Source: Verrucomicrobiota bacterium | Lineage (GTDB): Bacteria; Verrucomicrobiota; Verrucomicrobiia; Chthoniobacterales; UBA10450 | Assembly: GCA_041167325.1 (NCBI GenBank) | Contig: JBEEHH010000011.1 | Coordinates: forward strand, 142,653 to 206,652 | Direction: 5' to 3' | Length of the DNA: 64,000 nt | Shown here: in pieces, positions 51,898 to 61,793 of the stretch | How the letters are laid out: each line of letters starts with the position of its first letter | Position numbering within the stretch: position 1 is the first letter of the stretch | Translations under genes and position numbers: made by a program | The notes under the pieces: generated by a model | What the model was told of the DNA's origin: nothing | The model's input: only the letters and a program-made list of their open reading frames with translations | Database searches by the model: none

Positions 51898-52439
51898 AAA
51901 AACGCGCGGTATTTCTCGATCGCGATGGCGTCCTCAATCAGCCAGTGGTGAAGGATGGGGTTCCCTGCCCGCCTGCGCAGCTCAGCGAGTTTAAGCTCTA
52001 TCCGGACGTCGCAGAAGGTTGCGCCCGACTTAAGCAAGCCGGCTTCCTCCTTATTGTAGTCACTAACCAGCCTGATGTTGGACGCGGAACTCAGACCCGC
52101 GAAGCGATCAGGGCCATGCACGCGAGATTAACAGCCGAACTCCCAGCCATCGCCGACATCGAAGTTTGTTTTCACGCCGGCAGCGCTCACGGCGATCCAT
52201 GCGATTGCCGGAAGCCAAAACCGGGCATGCTGTTGCGCGCGGCGGCGACGCACCCGATCGACCTCAAGCGAAGTTTCCTTATCGGCGATCGCTGGCGCGA
52301 CGTCGATTGCGCCCATTCCGCCGGCTGCCGCGCGGTTTTTATCGATCACGGTTACCGAGAAAAATTGCGAGAACTGCCGGAGTTCACGGTTTCGAATTTT
52401 GGCGAGGCTGTCACTGCTATTATGGAGGCGATTTCGTAA
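51879..52439 (+). CDS. gmhB: HAD-IIIA D,D-heptose 1,7-bisphosphate phosphatase-like
   Basis: 186 aa. AVFLDRDGVLN, VVTNQPDVGRG, CDCRKPKPGML, and LIGDRWRDV. Confidence 0.8.
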   Translation: MGEHEIKKRAVFLDRDGVLNQPVVKDGVPCPPAQLSEFKLYPDVAEGCARLKQAGFLLIVVTNQPDVGRGTQTREAIRAMHARLTAELPAIADIEVCFHAGSAHGDPCDCRKPKPGMLLRAAATHPIDLKRSFLIGDRWRDVDCAHSAGCRAVFIDHGYREKLRELPEFTVSNFGEAVTAIMEAIS

Positions 52440-52482
52440 AACGACTTGTGGGAGTCGCGCAGTCGGCACTAGCGTCCAGCTC

Positions 52483-53208
52483 ATGAAGACAAAGCTGCTC
52501 GAAGATTTGCCGATAAAGATTTTCGCCGACGGCGCGGATCGTGAAGGTATCGCAGCGCTTTATGCCAAACCGTACATCAAAGGCCTTACAACTAATCCGA
52601 CGTTGATGCGCAAAGTCGGCATTCCCGATTACGAGAAGTTCGCGCTCGCCGTCCTCGAGGTCGTGAAAGAGAAGCCGATTTCGTTCGAAGTTTTTTCCGA
52701 TGAATTTCCGGAGATGCGCCGTCAGGCGCTCAAGATCGGAAAGTGGCAGGAGAACGTTTACGTCAAGATTCCCATCACCAACACCCGCGGTGAATCGGCG
52801 CTGCCGCTGATTCGGGAGTTGAGCGCCGAAGGCGTGAAGTTGAATCTCACCGCGATCCTGACCCGCGACCAGGTGAAGGGCGTTGCCGAGGCAGTCAGCC
52901 GTGAGGTTCCCTGCGTGGTTTCGGTCTTTGCCGGCCGGGTGGCGGACACCGGCGTCGATCCCATCCCGCTCATGAAAGAGTCGCTCGAAATCCTGCGCGA
53001 ACGTCCGGCGGCGGAACTACTCTGGGCCAGTGTGCGCGAGGTGTTGAACATTTTTCAAGCCGCTGCCTGCGGATGCCACATCGTGACTGTGCCTCACGAC
53101 ATTCTCGAAAAGGTAGCCAAGCTTGGCGGGATGGATTTGGCCGAGCTATCTTTGGATACCGTCCAAATGTTTCATCGCGACGCCGTGGCCGCCGGGTTCA
53201 GGCTCTAG
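52483..53208 (+). CDS. Transaldolase family protein (short TalC/FSA-type)
   Basis: The ATG at 52483 gives MKTKLLEDLPIKIFADGAD. Motifs GLTTNPTLM, VYVKIPIT (putative Schiff-base Lys), NLTAI, and SVFAGR. Confidence 0.85.
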   Translation: MKTKLLEDLPIKIFADGADREGIAALYAKPYIKGLTTNPTLMRKVGIPDYEKFALAVLEVVKEKPISFEVFSDEFPEMRRQALKIGKWQENVYVKIPITNTRGESALPLIRELSAEGVKLNLTAILTRDQVKGVAEAVSREVPCVVSVFAGRVADTGVDPIPLMKESLEILRERPAAELLWASVREVLNIFQAAACGCHIVTVPHDILEKVAKLGGMDLAELSLDTVQMFHRDAVAAGFRL

Positions 53209-53212
53209 CGGC

Positions 53213-54223
53213 TTATAAGTAGTGAGACTGGTTCTTGCGGAAGTAACTCAAGGTAGACTCAATCGTTTCGCGAAGCGTTCTTTTTGGCTTCCAACCTAAT
53301 TCAGAAGTTATCTTCGAGAAGTCGGCATAGTAGTCGCCGATATCGATGGCGCGCCGGTCCGAAGGGAACTCGCGGATGGCATATTCGCCGGAGCCATTCA
53401 CTTCGACCATCAACTTCGCCAGACTTACCAGATCGATGACTTCGCTGCCGCCCAGGTTATAGACCTGGCCGTTGGTGGAAGGACTGGCAGCCGCCATGAG
53501 AAAGGCATCCACGGCATCTTCGACGTCCGTGAAATCGCGAAGTTGTTTTCCGCCCCACACCTCGACGGGCTTCCCTTCGAGCAACTGACGGATCCACAGA
53601 CCTACAAACGTCTGGCGGGCGTCCTTGATGCGCATCCTGGGCCCGATCGTGTTCGTCAAGCGCAGGGCGGTCGCATGTATTCCGTAGAGATCGCTGTAGA
53701 GAAGGTGATACTTCTCGCCCGCCATCTTGTTGATCCCATTAATGTCCACTGGGTTTAGCGGATGGGTTTCTCCTACGGGCAGGTGATCGGGCCGCCCATA
53801 AATCTGCCGGGTGCTGGCAAAGACGATTTTGATCTGCGGGTTGTGGGCGCGACAAGTCTCAAGGATTGAGAGCTGCGCCTGACAATTGATCTCCAGGTCC
53901 GGCATCGGATTCAACATCGAATCGAGATGGCTTGTTTGTCCGGCGAGGTTGAAGAGGTAGTCCTTCTCCTGGACCAGGTAGCGCAAGCTATGGCTATCGC
54001 GAACGTCCGACACATTAACCTGGAGGCGCTGTTGCAGCCCTTCAACGTTATGAAGGTTGCCGCCGTAGTCCGGAATCAAGCTGTCGACCACCGTGATGGA
54101 TGCGCCCAGACCATCGAGGCGCCGCGCCAGATTGGAACCGATGAAGCCCAGACCTCCGGTAATAAGGACGCGCGCTCCCTGGAACGGGTCTTTCACGGTT
54201 ATTGAACTTTCCAATCGTTGCAT
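53213..54223 (-). CDS. Extended SDR, NAD-dependent sugar epimerase/dehydratase
   Basis: VLITGGLGFIGSNLARRL. An alternative GTG start lies at 54196, just after the DegT stop. The gene converges on the transaldolase gene with a 4-bp gap. Confidence 0.85.
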   Translation of the reverse strand: MQRLESSITVKDPFQGARVLITGGLGFIGSNLARRLDGLGASITVVDSLIPDYGGNLHNVEGLQQRLQVNVSDVRDSHSLRYLVQEKDYLFNLAGQTSHLDSMLNPMPDLEINCQAQLSILETCRAHNPQIKIVFASTRQIYGRPDHLPVGETHPLNPVDINGINKMAGEKYHLLYSDLYGIHATALRLTNTIGPRMRIKDARQTFVGLWIRQLLEGKPVEVWGGKQLRDFTDVEDAVDAFLMAAASPSTNGQVYNLGGSEVIDLVSLAKLMVEVNGSGEYAIREFPSDRRAIDIGDYYADFSKITSELGWKPKRTLRETIESTLSYFRKNQSHYL

Positions 54224-55320
54224 GCGGCGATCACAGCATCCACTTCTGCGTCAGTTAAGAAAGGATGGACCGGCAAGGATAGCTCGCAGCGCGCAAAGCG
54301 GCGAGCGTTTGCAGGTTCCATTGCATTGTGCGATGACCACTTCTTCAGCGCCGCCTGCTCGGGAATGATATGCGGATAATGGACGCCGGTCATGACGTCA
54401 CGAGTCTCAAGATAGATCCGAAGTTCGTCGCGCGATCCTTCCGCGGCCAGGACAGGGAAGAGATGCCAGACAGGAGACATGGCGGAATCGGGAGCAAGGA
54501 GTTGAATCGAAGGATGCTTGATCCGGCTTAGATACTTTTGCGCGATGCGTTGCCGTGCCTCCGTCCATGTTGACAGATTGGGCATGAGTGCTGCGCGCAG
54601 CACCGCGGCATGAAGCTCGTCGAGTCTGCTATTCAGACCGAGCATGGAATGAACGTAATGCTCCGTTTGCCCGTAGTTGCGGAGAGTCCTGGCCGTCTCC
54701 GCGAGAGCCGCGTCGTTCGTTAAGAGCGCTCCGCCGTCCCCGAGCGCTCCGAGATTTTTTGTCGGATAGAAACTGGTCGCCACCACCTGACCTGCTGTTC
54801 CCACGCCGACGCCTCCATAAGACGCGCCGATGCTTTGCGCACAATCTTCCACTATGCGCAGTCCGAAATCTGTCTTGAGCCGCGCCAGCTCCTGCATCGG
54901 CAACGGCAATCCATAAAGGTGAACTGGCACGAGGAAGCGGATCGATCTGTCTTTCTCCAGGACCTCACGAGCTTGCGCCAGATCAATGCAACCGAAGTCA
55001 TCGACATCGACGAAGACCGGCACGCCGCCGGCGCGAAGAATGGCGAGAGTGGTCGCGAACGCCGAGAGAGGCGTCGTCAAAACCTTTTCGCCCGGCTGCA
55101 GATCCAGGCAGCGCAGCCCAATCTCGATGGCGTCCATGCCGTTGCCGACTCCGACTGCATGCGCCACGCCCCAGGATTTCGCGAGAGCAATTTCGAAAGC
55201 CTCTACTTCCTGGCCAAGAATATACCCCCCGCTCGATCCCACTCGGCGGACCGCATCCAAGGCCGAGTCTTCCACGACCGCCCACTGACGTTTGAAGTCG
55301 TTCTGGAGTATCATTGGCAT
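54199..55320 (-). CDS. DegT/DnrJ/EryC1/StrS family PLP-dependent sugar aminotransferase
   Basis: 373 aa. EVEAFEIALA, IVEDCAQSIGA, and ATSFYPTKNLGALGDGG (PLP lysine context). Confidence 0.9.
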   Translation of the reverse strand: MPMILQNDFKRQWAVVEDSALDAVRRVGSSGGYILGQEVEAFEIALAKSWGVAHAVGVGNGMDAIEIGLRCLDLQPGEKVLTTPLSAFATTLAILRAGGVPVFVDVDDFGCIDLAQAREVLEKDRSIRFLVPVHLYGLPLPMQELARLKTDFGLRIVEDCAQSIGASYGGVGVGTAGQVVATSFYPTKNLGALGDGGALLTNDAALAETARTLRNYGQTEHYVHSMLGLNSRLDELHAAVLRAALMPNLSTWTEARQRIAQKYLSRIKHPSIQLLAPDSAMSPVWHLFPVLAAEGSRDELRIYLETRDVMTGVHYPHIIPEQAALKKWSSHNAMEPANARRFARCELSLPVHPFLTDAEVDAVIAACNDWKVQ

Positions 55321-55419
55321 GATGTCGCTGCCAAGCGCCTGCGTTTGGTGTGGGCTAAATAGTTTGTTGACTTGATTCCTCTCACGACGAACTCACCGTG
55401 TTGTGATGGGTTCCTGCAA

Positions 55420-56109
55420 TCAAGCCAGAACATTGCGGCAGATTTCAAAGCAGGCGAGGCCGGCGGCCGCGGGCGCGCTATTGTCCCCATAGCTGGTTTC
55501 GGCCAGCTCAGCCGCGGCACAAGGCATCCAGCCGTTTTCCGTGTATTTGAAGTATTCGGCGTTTATCCGTGCCGATGGGATTGACTGGAACAAGGTCGAG
55601 ATGGCTCGTGAGTCGTAGTGGGTAAACCAGCCATAGTCCACGAACTTGCCAAAAGGAACGGTCACGATCAGCTTGCCCCCCATCTTTAAGATGCGAAACA
55701 TTTCTACCAAAGCTTCTGCATCGGGCTGCGAATCGCTTTGCCGATCCCGCGGAAGTTCCGCGACTGGCTTATAGTGTTTGGTATTGTCCTTGCCGACATG
55801 CTCAAGCGTGGAGATGCATAAAACGAAATCGAAGAATCCCGGCTCATAGCCGCTCTCGCGGATGTCGGCCGTCTTTTTAATAAAGTGTGGCGCTTCGACG
55901 GACGAAACGTCGATCCCGTGAAGCTCGGGGATATTAAGAGCCCGCAGGCCCTGGATGTATTCGGGACTTTCGGAGGCGAACGAACAGCCAACCTCCAGCA
56001 CTCTTGGCCCGCCATTATATTTGGATAAAGCCCAGGGAATTTCGATTACTCTCTCAGTGGCACCGGCGCCGTAGGGAAAGTCTCGGTTAAATTCCACCAC
56101 GTTACCCAT
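55420..56109 (-). CDS. Class I SAM-dependent methyltransferase (paralog of 2981..3700)
   Basis: 229 aa, collinear with 2981..3700 over the whole length (NRDFPYGAG.TERV.EIPWALSKY.GG.RVLEVGCSFASE...). Confidence 0.85.
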   Translation of the reverse strand: MGNVVEFNRDFPYGAGATERVIEIPWALSKYNGGPRVLEVGCSFASESPEYIQGLRALNIPELHGIDVSSVEAPHFIKKTADIRESGYEPGFFDFVLCISTLEHVGKDNTKHYKPVAELPRDRQSDSQPDAEALVEMFRILKMGGKLIVTVPFGKFVDYGWFTHYDSRAISTLFQSIPSARINAEYFKYTENGWMPCAAAELAETSYGDNSAPAAAGLACFEICRNVLA

Positions 56110-56150
56110 TCGCTTTTCCCATGGTTTTCCTCATACGCGATGATTCGAGA

Positions 56151-57242
56151 TCATCGTCCTGCCATTTTGGCCGTTACTGATATGGAGAATTCTTGCAGGA
56201 TTTCAGGTCGTATATTCTCAAACCAGCATACACCCTCTTGCAGCATCGTTGTTTGCAAAACGTATTCTCCAGGTCGATTCGGCGCCATAACCGCCATTCG
56301 ACAATGCCCAACTTCGTTTGCATCCAGGCCAGGGAAGAAGCCACTACGGTTGCCATCGAATACGACTACCTGGCGTGTTACTTTTTCAATCCAGTGATAG
56401 GCAAGACGCACGGCGTGGGGAGGTACGGAATACAGCGGTTCGTTCGTTGCGTTCGTAACCTGTGCGTCGAGCCAGAACATGCTGGAAATGCGCACTTCTC
56501 GCGGGGCCGTGTTAACTTCGAGCGATATCTTTGCGATTTTCTTCGAGGAAAGCTCATCCATCCGGATGATCTCTCGGTTGAAATCCAATTTCGTTGGCTC
56601 AGAGACTGGCGCCTGGGATGGCCGATAATCCTCATATAAATAGTAGTATCCAGAGCCAAAACCCGGCCGCAGCCGCTCGTAATAACGGGCCTTCTGTTCA
56701 CGCTCCTCGCGAGATAAAAGCCAAAGGACATGGTGATAAATCCCTAGATTCTGGAAAGATGCCCCGGCACCAGGGACATGCATTAGGTCGTGCAGCTTTG
56801 TGGGGAACGTAGTGCCTTCGAGGTTATTCCGAAAGAGCCGCAGTTGAAAATCAGGCCACCAGGGGTTTGCGTTAATGTACCGTTTCGAAGATACGGTCCA
56901 TTGACGGGGAACCAAAAAATGGCTGAACGAAGTGCTCTCCAGAATCTGTCGCCATTCTTTTTGTTGCCATTCGGAACTGAGCTGTTCATCGTACTCGAGT
57001 GTGAACACCCAATCAGCGTTACACCTGGCAAGCAGCGAGATACGGTTTGGGTCATACCAGGTTTCGCCAGTGTTCGATACGACGCGAGTGCCCACTTTTT
57101 TCGCGCGGGCAGACGTGCCTGCAGTAACACGCTTCTTATCAATAAGGATAATCAGCTCGTCGAACACGCTCCGGGCTTCCTCCATCCAAGGCATTGATTC
57201 CTCAGGAAGATGGTGCGTGGGAACAACGGCCGCGACGCGCAT
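56151..57242 (-). CDS. GT-A-like glycosyltransferase with C-terminal Ig-like/beta-sandwich domain
   Basis: 363 aa. The N-terminus VAAVVPTHHL..., WVFTLEYDE (DxD-like) resembles GT2-related domains. The C-terminal roughly 120 aa (FWLDAQVTNATNEPLY..VRLAYHW...GEYVLQTTMLQEGVCWFEN) resembles the Ig-like module common in glycan enzymes. Confidence 0.6.
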   Translation of the reverse strand: MRVAAVVPTHHLPEESMPWMEEARSVFDELIILIDKKRVTAGTSARAKKVGTRVVSNTGETWYDPNRISLLARCNADWVFTLEYDEQLSSEWQQKEWRQILESTSFSHFLVPRQWTVSSKRYINANPWWPDFQLRLFRNNLEGTTFPTKLHDLMHVPGAGASFQNLGIYHHVLWLLSREEREQKARYYERLRPGFGSGYYYLYEDYRPSQAPVSEPTKLDFNREIIRMDELSSKKIAKISLEVNTAPREVRISSMFWLDAQVTNATNEPLYSVPPHAVRLAYHWIEKVTRQVVVFDGNRSGFFPGLDANEVGHCRMAVMAPNRPGEYVLQTTMLQEGVCWFENIRPEILQEFSISVTAKMAGR

Positions 57243-57392
57243 GGGCTTTTCTACACTTTATGGATTAGCAAGCAACTGCGAACCGATCCGATGGCTTCTA
57301 CGAGAAAGCGCCCAATTGCGGATGCTCTTTTCGCCGAATGATCTTCGCGGTCTCGCCCTCCATCCCAACTGCCCGAAATCGAGGTGCCGCTG

Positions 57393-58523
57393 ATGGCCGA
57401 CTTTGCCTCTGAGCTGTTTCGTAAACTGCTCGACTCACAGTTTGAGAATCATGTGCACAATTACGATACGTACCGTTTTGGAGATGAGGTCAAATCACGC
57501 AGTTGGTCCAGCTTTCGCGGCATTATAGATTCCCTCGCGCGCAAGGCAGGTTTCGTTCGCCGTCAGGAGCTATTCTCGACGACGTCGAAGCTCGATCTGG
57601 AGGCATGGTCGCCTCACTTCCCTGCTCTTGACTGGATGTTTCAAAACCTAGCGGACGACGAATCTCGCCGTCTTCTCATTGACTTGGCAGCGTATCGCAT
57701 CCTCGGGTACCGGCATATTCGGCTTCCGCTTTCCACCCCACGCTTCTGGACGCAACTAACTGATTGTGCTTCGCTCGCGGACGAAGGGGACACAATGAAA
57801 GGCGCGGGCGGTTTTACACTCATGCGGCAACGTTTGGACAAGCTCGGGTTTCCTATCTCCCTCTATATGCCGAAAGGCGGACCTTTGACTACCTTTGTTC
57901 TTGGTCAATATAGTTACAGGCAACCAGGAATCGGCGTTAACCGTGGCGATGTCGTAATTGATGCTGGAGCCTGTTGGGGAGATACTGCGCTCTACTTCGC
58001 GCATCTCGCAGGGCCTTCAGGCAAGGTCTATTCTTTTGAGTTCATGGAGGAGAACATCCGCGTTTTCGAGCGTAATATCAGCATGAATCCATTGCTGGCT
58101 AATCGTATCGAACTCATTGCTCAGCCCTTGTGGAGCTCCTCTGGGGTGTTGATGACGAGTTCCGGCGCGGGTCCAGGCAGTCGAACTGTCGCCGCGACGA
58201 AGGGCTGCGAATCTGGACTTCACAGTTCTCTCGCGATTGATGATTTCGCCAAAGATCGCCGCTTGGCTCACATCGATTTCATAAAGATGGATATAGAGGG
58301 GGCCGAGCTTGAAGCGCTCTCCGGCGCCCGGGAGAGTCTAATTGCCTTTCAGCCTGACCTTGCATTGTGTGTGTATCATTCCGTGGACCATTTCTGGCTT
58401 CTGGCGCGTTACTTAGACGGCCTAGGATTGGGATATCGTTTCTATCTCGGTCACTTTACTATTCACGCGGAGGAGACCGTGCTTTTCGCCACGGCTAGAT
58501 CTAAACCTGTGTCAATCCATTGA
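57393..58523 (+). CDS. FkbM family methyltransferase
   Basis: VVIDAGACWGDTALYFA, and IDFIKMDIEGAELEAL. I prefer the ATG at 57393 (GAGG lies 9 nt upstream) over the GTG at 57384. Confidence 0.85.
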   Translation: MADFASELFRKLLDSQFENHVHNYDTYRFGDEVKSRSWSSFRGIIDSLARKAGFVRRQELFSTTSKLDLEAWSPHFPALDWMFQNLADDESRRLLIDLAAYRILGYRHIRLPLSTPRFWTQLTDCASLADEGDTMKGAGGFTLMRQRLDKLGFPISLYMPKGGPLTTFVLGQYSYRQPGIGVNRGDVVIDAGACWGDTALYFAHLAGPSGKVYSFEFMEENIRVFERNISMNPLLANRIELIAQPLWSSSGVLMTSSGAGPGSRTVAATKGCESGLHSSLAIDDFAKDRRLAHIDFIKMDIEGAELEALSGARESLIAFQPDLALCVYHSVDHFWLLARYLDGLGLGYRFYLGHFTIHAEETVLFATARSKPVSIH

Positions 58524-58529
58524 TCGCCT

Positions 58530-59240
58530 ATGCGTCTCGCCATTATGCAGCCTTACTTCCTGCCTTACATAGGTTATTTCCAATTGATGGCAGCGGTGGA
58601 CAAGTTCGTGCTCTTGGACGACGTGAACTTCATTAACAGAGGGTGGATTAATCGTAACCGGATCGCCGTGAACGGCGAACCTTACTGGCTGACGTTGCCA
58701 CTCGCGAAGGCGAGTCAAAACCGGCTGATCAATGAGATCGACATCATCGATGATCCAGAGTGGAGGCGAAAGACCATGCGAACTGTGGAACTCGCTTATA
58801 ATGATGCCCCCTTCGCCGGCAGCGTTCTTCCATTCTTCCAGAAGCTCTTGAGCGATGCCACCGGATCGCTGCCGAAGTTCCTCTTCGGGCAGCTGCGGCA
58901 AATAGCCGATTATGTCGGGATTAGAACAGAGATGGAGCCCACGTCGGCAATCTATCCCAAACAAGGGCGCACTGGACAGGATCGAATTCTGGATATCTGT
59001 GCCCGGGAAGGCGCTACGAGCTATCTGAATCTGCCTGGGGGACGATCGCTTTATGATACCGAATCATTCGCTGCGACCGGTATCGAACTGCTTTTTCTCG
59101 ATCCGAACTTGCCGGCACTCACCCTGCAGCATAGTGGCGCGCAAGGGCCCGTCCTCTCCATTCTTGATATCCTCATGCTCAATTCGGCTGGTGCAATTCG
59201 CGAAGCGACCCAAGCCGCCGGCTTAGAGCCAGCGCAATAA
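58530..59240 (+). CDS. WbqC family protein
   Basis: 236 aa. MRLAIMQPYFLPYIGYFQLMAAVDKFVLLDDVNF is characteristic of the WbqC-like family found in O-antigen loci. Confidence 0.8.
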   Translation: MRLAIMQPYFLPYIGYFQLMAAVDKFVLLDDVNFINRGWINRNRIAVNGEPYWLTLPLAKASQNRLINEIDIIDDPEWRRKTMRTVELAYNDAPFAGSVLPFFQKLLSDATGSLPKFLFGQLRQIADYVGIRTEMEPTSAIYPKQGRTGQDRILDICAREGATSYLNLPGGRSLYDTESFAATGIELLFLDPNLPALTLQHSGAQGPVLSILDILMLNSAGAIREATQAAGLEPAQ

Positions 59241-59254
59241 GACCTCGACCCGAC

Positions 59255-59479
59255 ATGGATCTGAAAATTGTCTTCGCAGAGGTTTTCGCGATCCCGCAGA
59301 AAACGGTTCAGGATTCTTTGCGTCTGCGAGAAATTCCTTCTTGGGATTCTATGTCCCATATGATGTTAATTACTCGAATAGAAGAGGCCTTTTCGGTTGA
59401 GTTGACCGGCGACGAAATTGCGGATTTTCGCAGTGTCGGCGATGTTCGTGAAGCGCTCAACCGCCGTGGCGTAAAATGA
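59255..59479 (+). CDS. Acyl/peptidyl carrier protein
   Basis: 74 aa. The phosphopantetheine attachment context is LREIPSWDSMSHMMLI (DS motif at the start of helix 2). Confidence 0.8.
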   Translation: MDLKIVFAEVFAIPQKTVQDSLRLREIPSWDSMSHMMLITRIEEAFSVELTGDEIADFRSVGDVREALNRRGVK

Positions 59480-60225
59480 ATCTTTCCGAAGCTCAAGTTT
59501 TGGTCACTGGGGGTGGGCGCGGCGTTGGACGCCATCTGGTCCAACGGCTTGTCGCAGAAGCGGGTCGCGTCTCCGTTTTCGAGAACGACGAGAGTGCTAT
59601 AGCTGAACTTATGGCAGCACATCCCGGCATTCACTGTTACTCCTGCGATGTAACTGACTCAGCGGCGGTGGCCGAAGCCGTGGCGGCAACGGAAGACGAT
59701 GGGTTCGAGCTCGACCTCCTGGTAAATAACGCCGGCCTTATTCACAGCGCTCCGCTCATTAACGTGCTCGAGAAGAAGGATCGCGTACACTCGGCGGAAG
59801 TATGGCAGCAGGTTCTCGCTGCAAACCTGTCATCGACCTTTTATGTCACCGGCCATGTAGTCGATCATATGCTTAGGCATCGCAGGAAAGGCGTTGTTGT
59901 CAGCATGAGCTCGATCTGCGCCCGCGGAAACGCGGGACAATCTGCTTACTCCGCGGCCAAGGCAGGCGTGAATGCGTTGACCGCTACGTGGGCGAGGGAG
60001 CTCGGAGGTTTTGGAATCCGTTTTGCTTCAATCGCGCCAGGCTTTCTCGATACTCCTTCTACTCGACAAGCAGTGAGCGAAGCCATCCTTACGAAGCTGA
60101 AAGAACGGATTCCGCTTCGCCGCCTGGGCGAAGTCGAACATATCTATCAAGCAGTCCGCTTTATCGTAGAGAACGATTACATCAATGGCTGTGTTCTCGA
60201 CGTTGACGGCGGGCTGATCTTGTAG
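59476..60225 (+). CDS. SDR, FabG-like 3-oxoacyl reductase
   Basis: VLVTGGGRGVGRHL, NNAGL, and YSAAKAGV. ATGA overlap with the carrier protein gene. Confidence 0.85.
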   Translation: MNLSEAQVLVTGGGRGVGRHLVQRLVAEAGRVSVFENDESAIAELMAAHPGIHCYSCDVTDSAAVAEAVAATEDDGFELDLLVNNAGLIHSAPLINVLEKKDRVHSAEVWQQVLAANLSSTFYVTGHVVDHMLRHRRKGVVVSMSSICARGNAGQSAYSAAKAGVNALTATWARELGGFGIRFASIAPGFLDTPSTRQAVSEAILTKLKERIPLRRLGEVEHIYQAVRFIVENDYINGCVLDVDGGLIL

Positions 60226-60242
60226 GGTCTGCCAAAGAAGCA

Positions 60243-61793
60243 ATGGCTCACACTTCCAATCTCGCACTAAAATTTCGGGACGTCGCCCACGCTCATTTCG
60301 AGCGACCCGCGTTGCGCTCGCCAGATGGCTTAATTACGAGCTATGGATATCTCGAGCAACTCTCGAATCAGATCGCGCGTTTACTCCTTCAGCACGGTCT
60401 GGGTCGGGGCGATGTCGTCGCGCTTTTTCACGATAAATCTCCGGCCGCGTTCGCTGCCATGATCGGATGCCTGAAGAGTGGGATCATCCACACCAATCTT
60501 GATCCCCATGGTCCATGGGAACGGCTTCGGAAGATCATTGAGACCTGCGAGCCCAAAGCGATCATCAACGGCTTTCCAGATTTACCTCACGCGGACCAAG
60601 TCGAGCGGAAGGGGATACGAACGATCCACCTGCGGCAGCCGGAGACCATGGCGCAACTTGATGGCCTCGAGGTCTCGGAGCTACCCGGTCTCGATGCGGT
60701 TACAGGCGCACATCCAGCCTACATAATGTTTACCTCTGGATCGACCGGCATGCCGAAAGGCGCAGTGATGTCACACGCCAACGTCCTGAACTTCATTGCC
60801 TGGGCGCAGGACCGCTTCGACCTGACCACAGAGGACGTGCTCTCGAACGCGAACCCAATTTATTTCGATAATTCCGTCTTCGACTTCTACGCCGCGATTT
60901 TCTCCGGTGCGTCCATGGTTCCGATCTCCTCGCGGCAGGCTCGCGATCCCAGGATATTGGTGGGAATTGTGAACAACACGCGTTGCACGATCTGGTTCTC
61001 GGTGCCTTCGCTTCTTGTTTATCTGCTCACGACTCGGACTCTGAGCGCCCATGATTTTCCCGCCGTTCGCAAGATCATTTTCGGGGGGGAAGGCTTCCCC
61101 AAGACGAAGCTGAAACAGCTTTACGATCTTTTCGGCAATCGCGCCGACTTGGAAAACGTTTATGGTCCCACCGAGTGTACCTGTATTTGTTCCGCGCACA
61201 CGATCAGGCCGTCTGACTTCGATGATATGCATGTGCTCGCTACGCTCGGATTCCTTGCGCCCAACTTTGATTATGAAATTTTGTCCGCCGGAGAGTCCAA
61301 GACTGTCGGCGAGCTGTTCCTACGAGGACCAAATGTCGGTCTCGGGTACTATAACGACCCGGAACGCACGGCCAAAGTCTTCATCCAGAATCCGACGCAT
61401 CACCGATTCGCCGATGTTGGCTACCGCACGGGCGACCTCGTGCGTCGGGATGCTAGTGGTGAGCTGCATTTCGTTGGGCGGATCGATTTCCAAATCAAAC
61501 ACATGGGCTACCGGATCGAATTAGAAGAGATCGAAGCCGCGCTCGCCGCGGTCCCTGAAGTCAAGGAATGTGCCGTCATTTATCGGAGACTAGGAGATGG
61601 CCTCGGAGAGATTATCGGGTTCGCAGCTTTGGCTACGCCCAAGCCTGCCGAGGATATAATCCGGGAGGTTGCCGGAATCGTTCCTCCGCATATGGTGCCC
61701 AAACGTGTGAAACTGCTCGATGATCTTCCAAAGAATGCGAACGGCAAAATCGATCGAATTGCCCTTCAAACCATTGCGTCCGCAGCGGCATGA
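60243..61793 (+). CDS. ANL-superfamily adenylate-forming enzyme (DltA / amino-acid-adenylation-like carrier-protein ligase)
   Basis: 516 aa. YIMFTSGSTGMPKGAV, YGPTECT, YRTGDLV, and PKNANGKIDR. Confidence 0.9.
   Translation: MAHTSNLALKFRDVAHAHFERPALRSPDGLITSYGYLEQLSNQIARLLLQHGLGRGDVVALFHDKSPAAFAAMIGCLKSGIIHTNLDPHGPWERLRKIIETCEPKAIINGFPDLPHADQVERKGIRTIHLRQPETMAQLDGLEVSELPGLDAVTGAHPAYIMFTSGSTGMPKGAVMSHANVLNFIAWAQDRFDLTTEDVLSNANPIYFDNSVFDFYAAIFSGASMVPISSRQARDPRILVGIVNNTRCTIWFSVPSLLVYLLTTRTLSAHDFPAVRKIIFGGEGFPKTKLKQLYDLFGNRADLENVYGPTECTCICSAHTIRPSDFDDMHVLATLGFLAPNFDYEILSAGESKTVGELFLRGPNVGLGYYNDPERTAKVFIQNPTHHRFADVGYRTGDLVRRDASGELHFVGRIDFQIKHMGYRIELEEIEAALAAVPEVKECAVIYRRLGDGLGEIIGFAALATPKPAEDIIREVAGIVPPHMVPKRVKLLDDLPKNANGKIDRIALQTIASAAA

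Noticed and set aside
53206-53215. Convergent gene ends, with the transaldolase stop at 53206-53208 and the epimerase stop at 53213-53215. Only 4 bp lie between them and there is no room for terminators.
   Set aside because: Tight convergent junctions are common. No hairpin spanning the junction was evident, so nothing beyond the observation can be supported.
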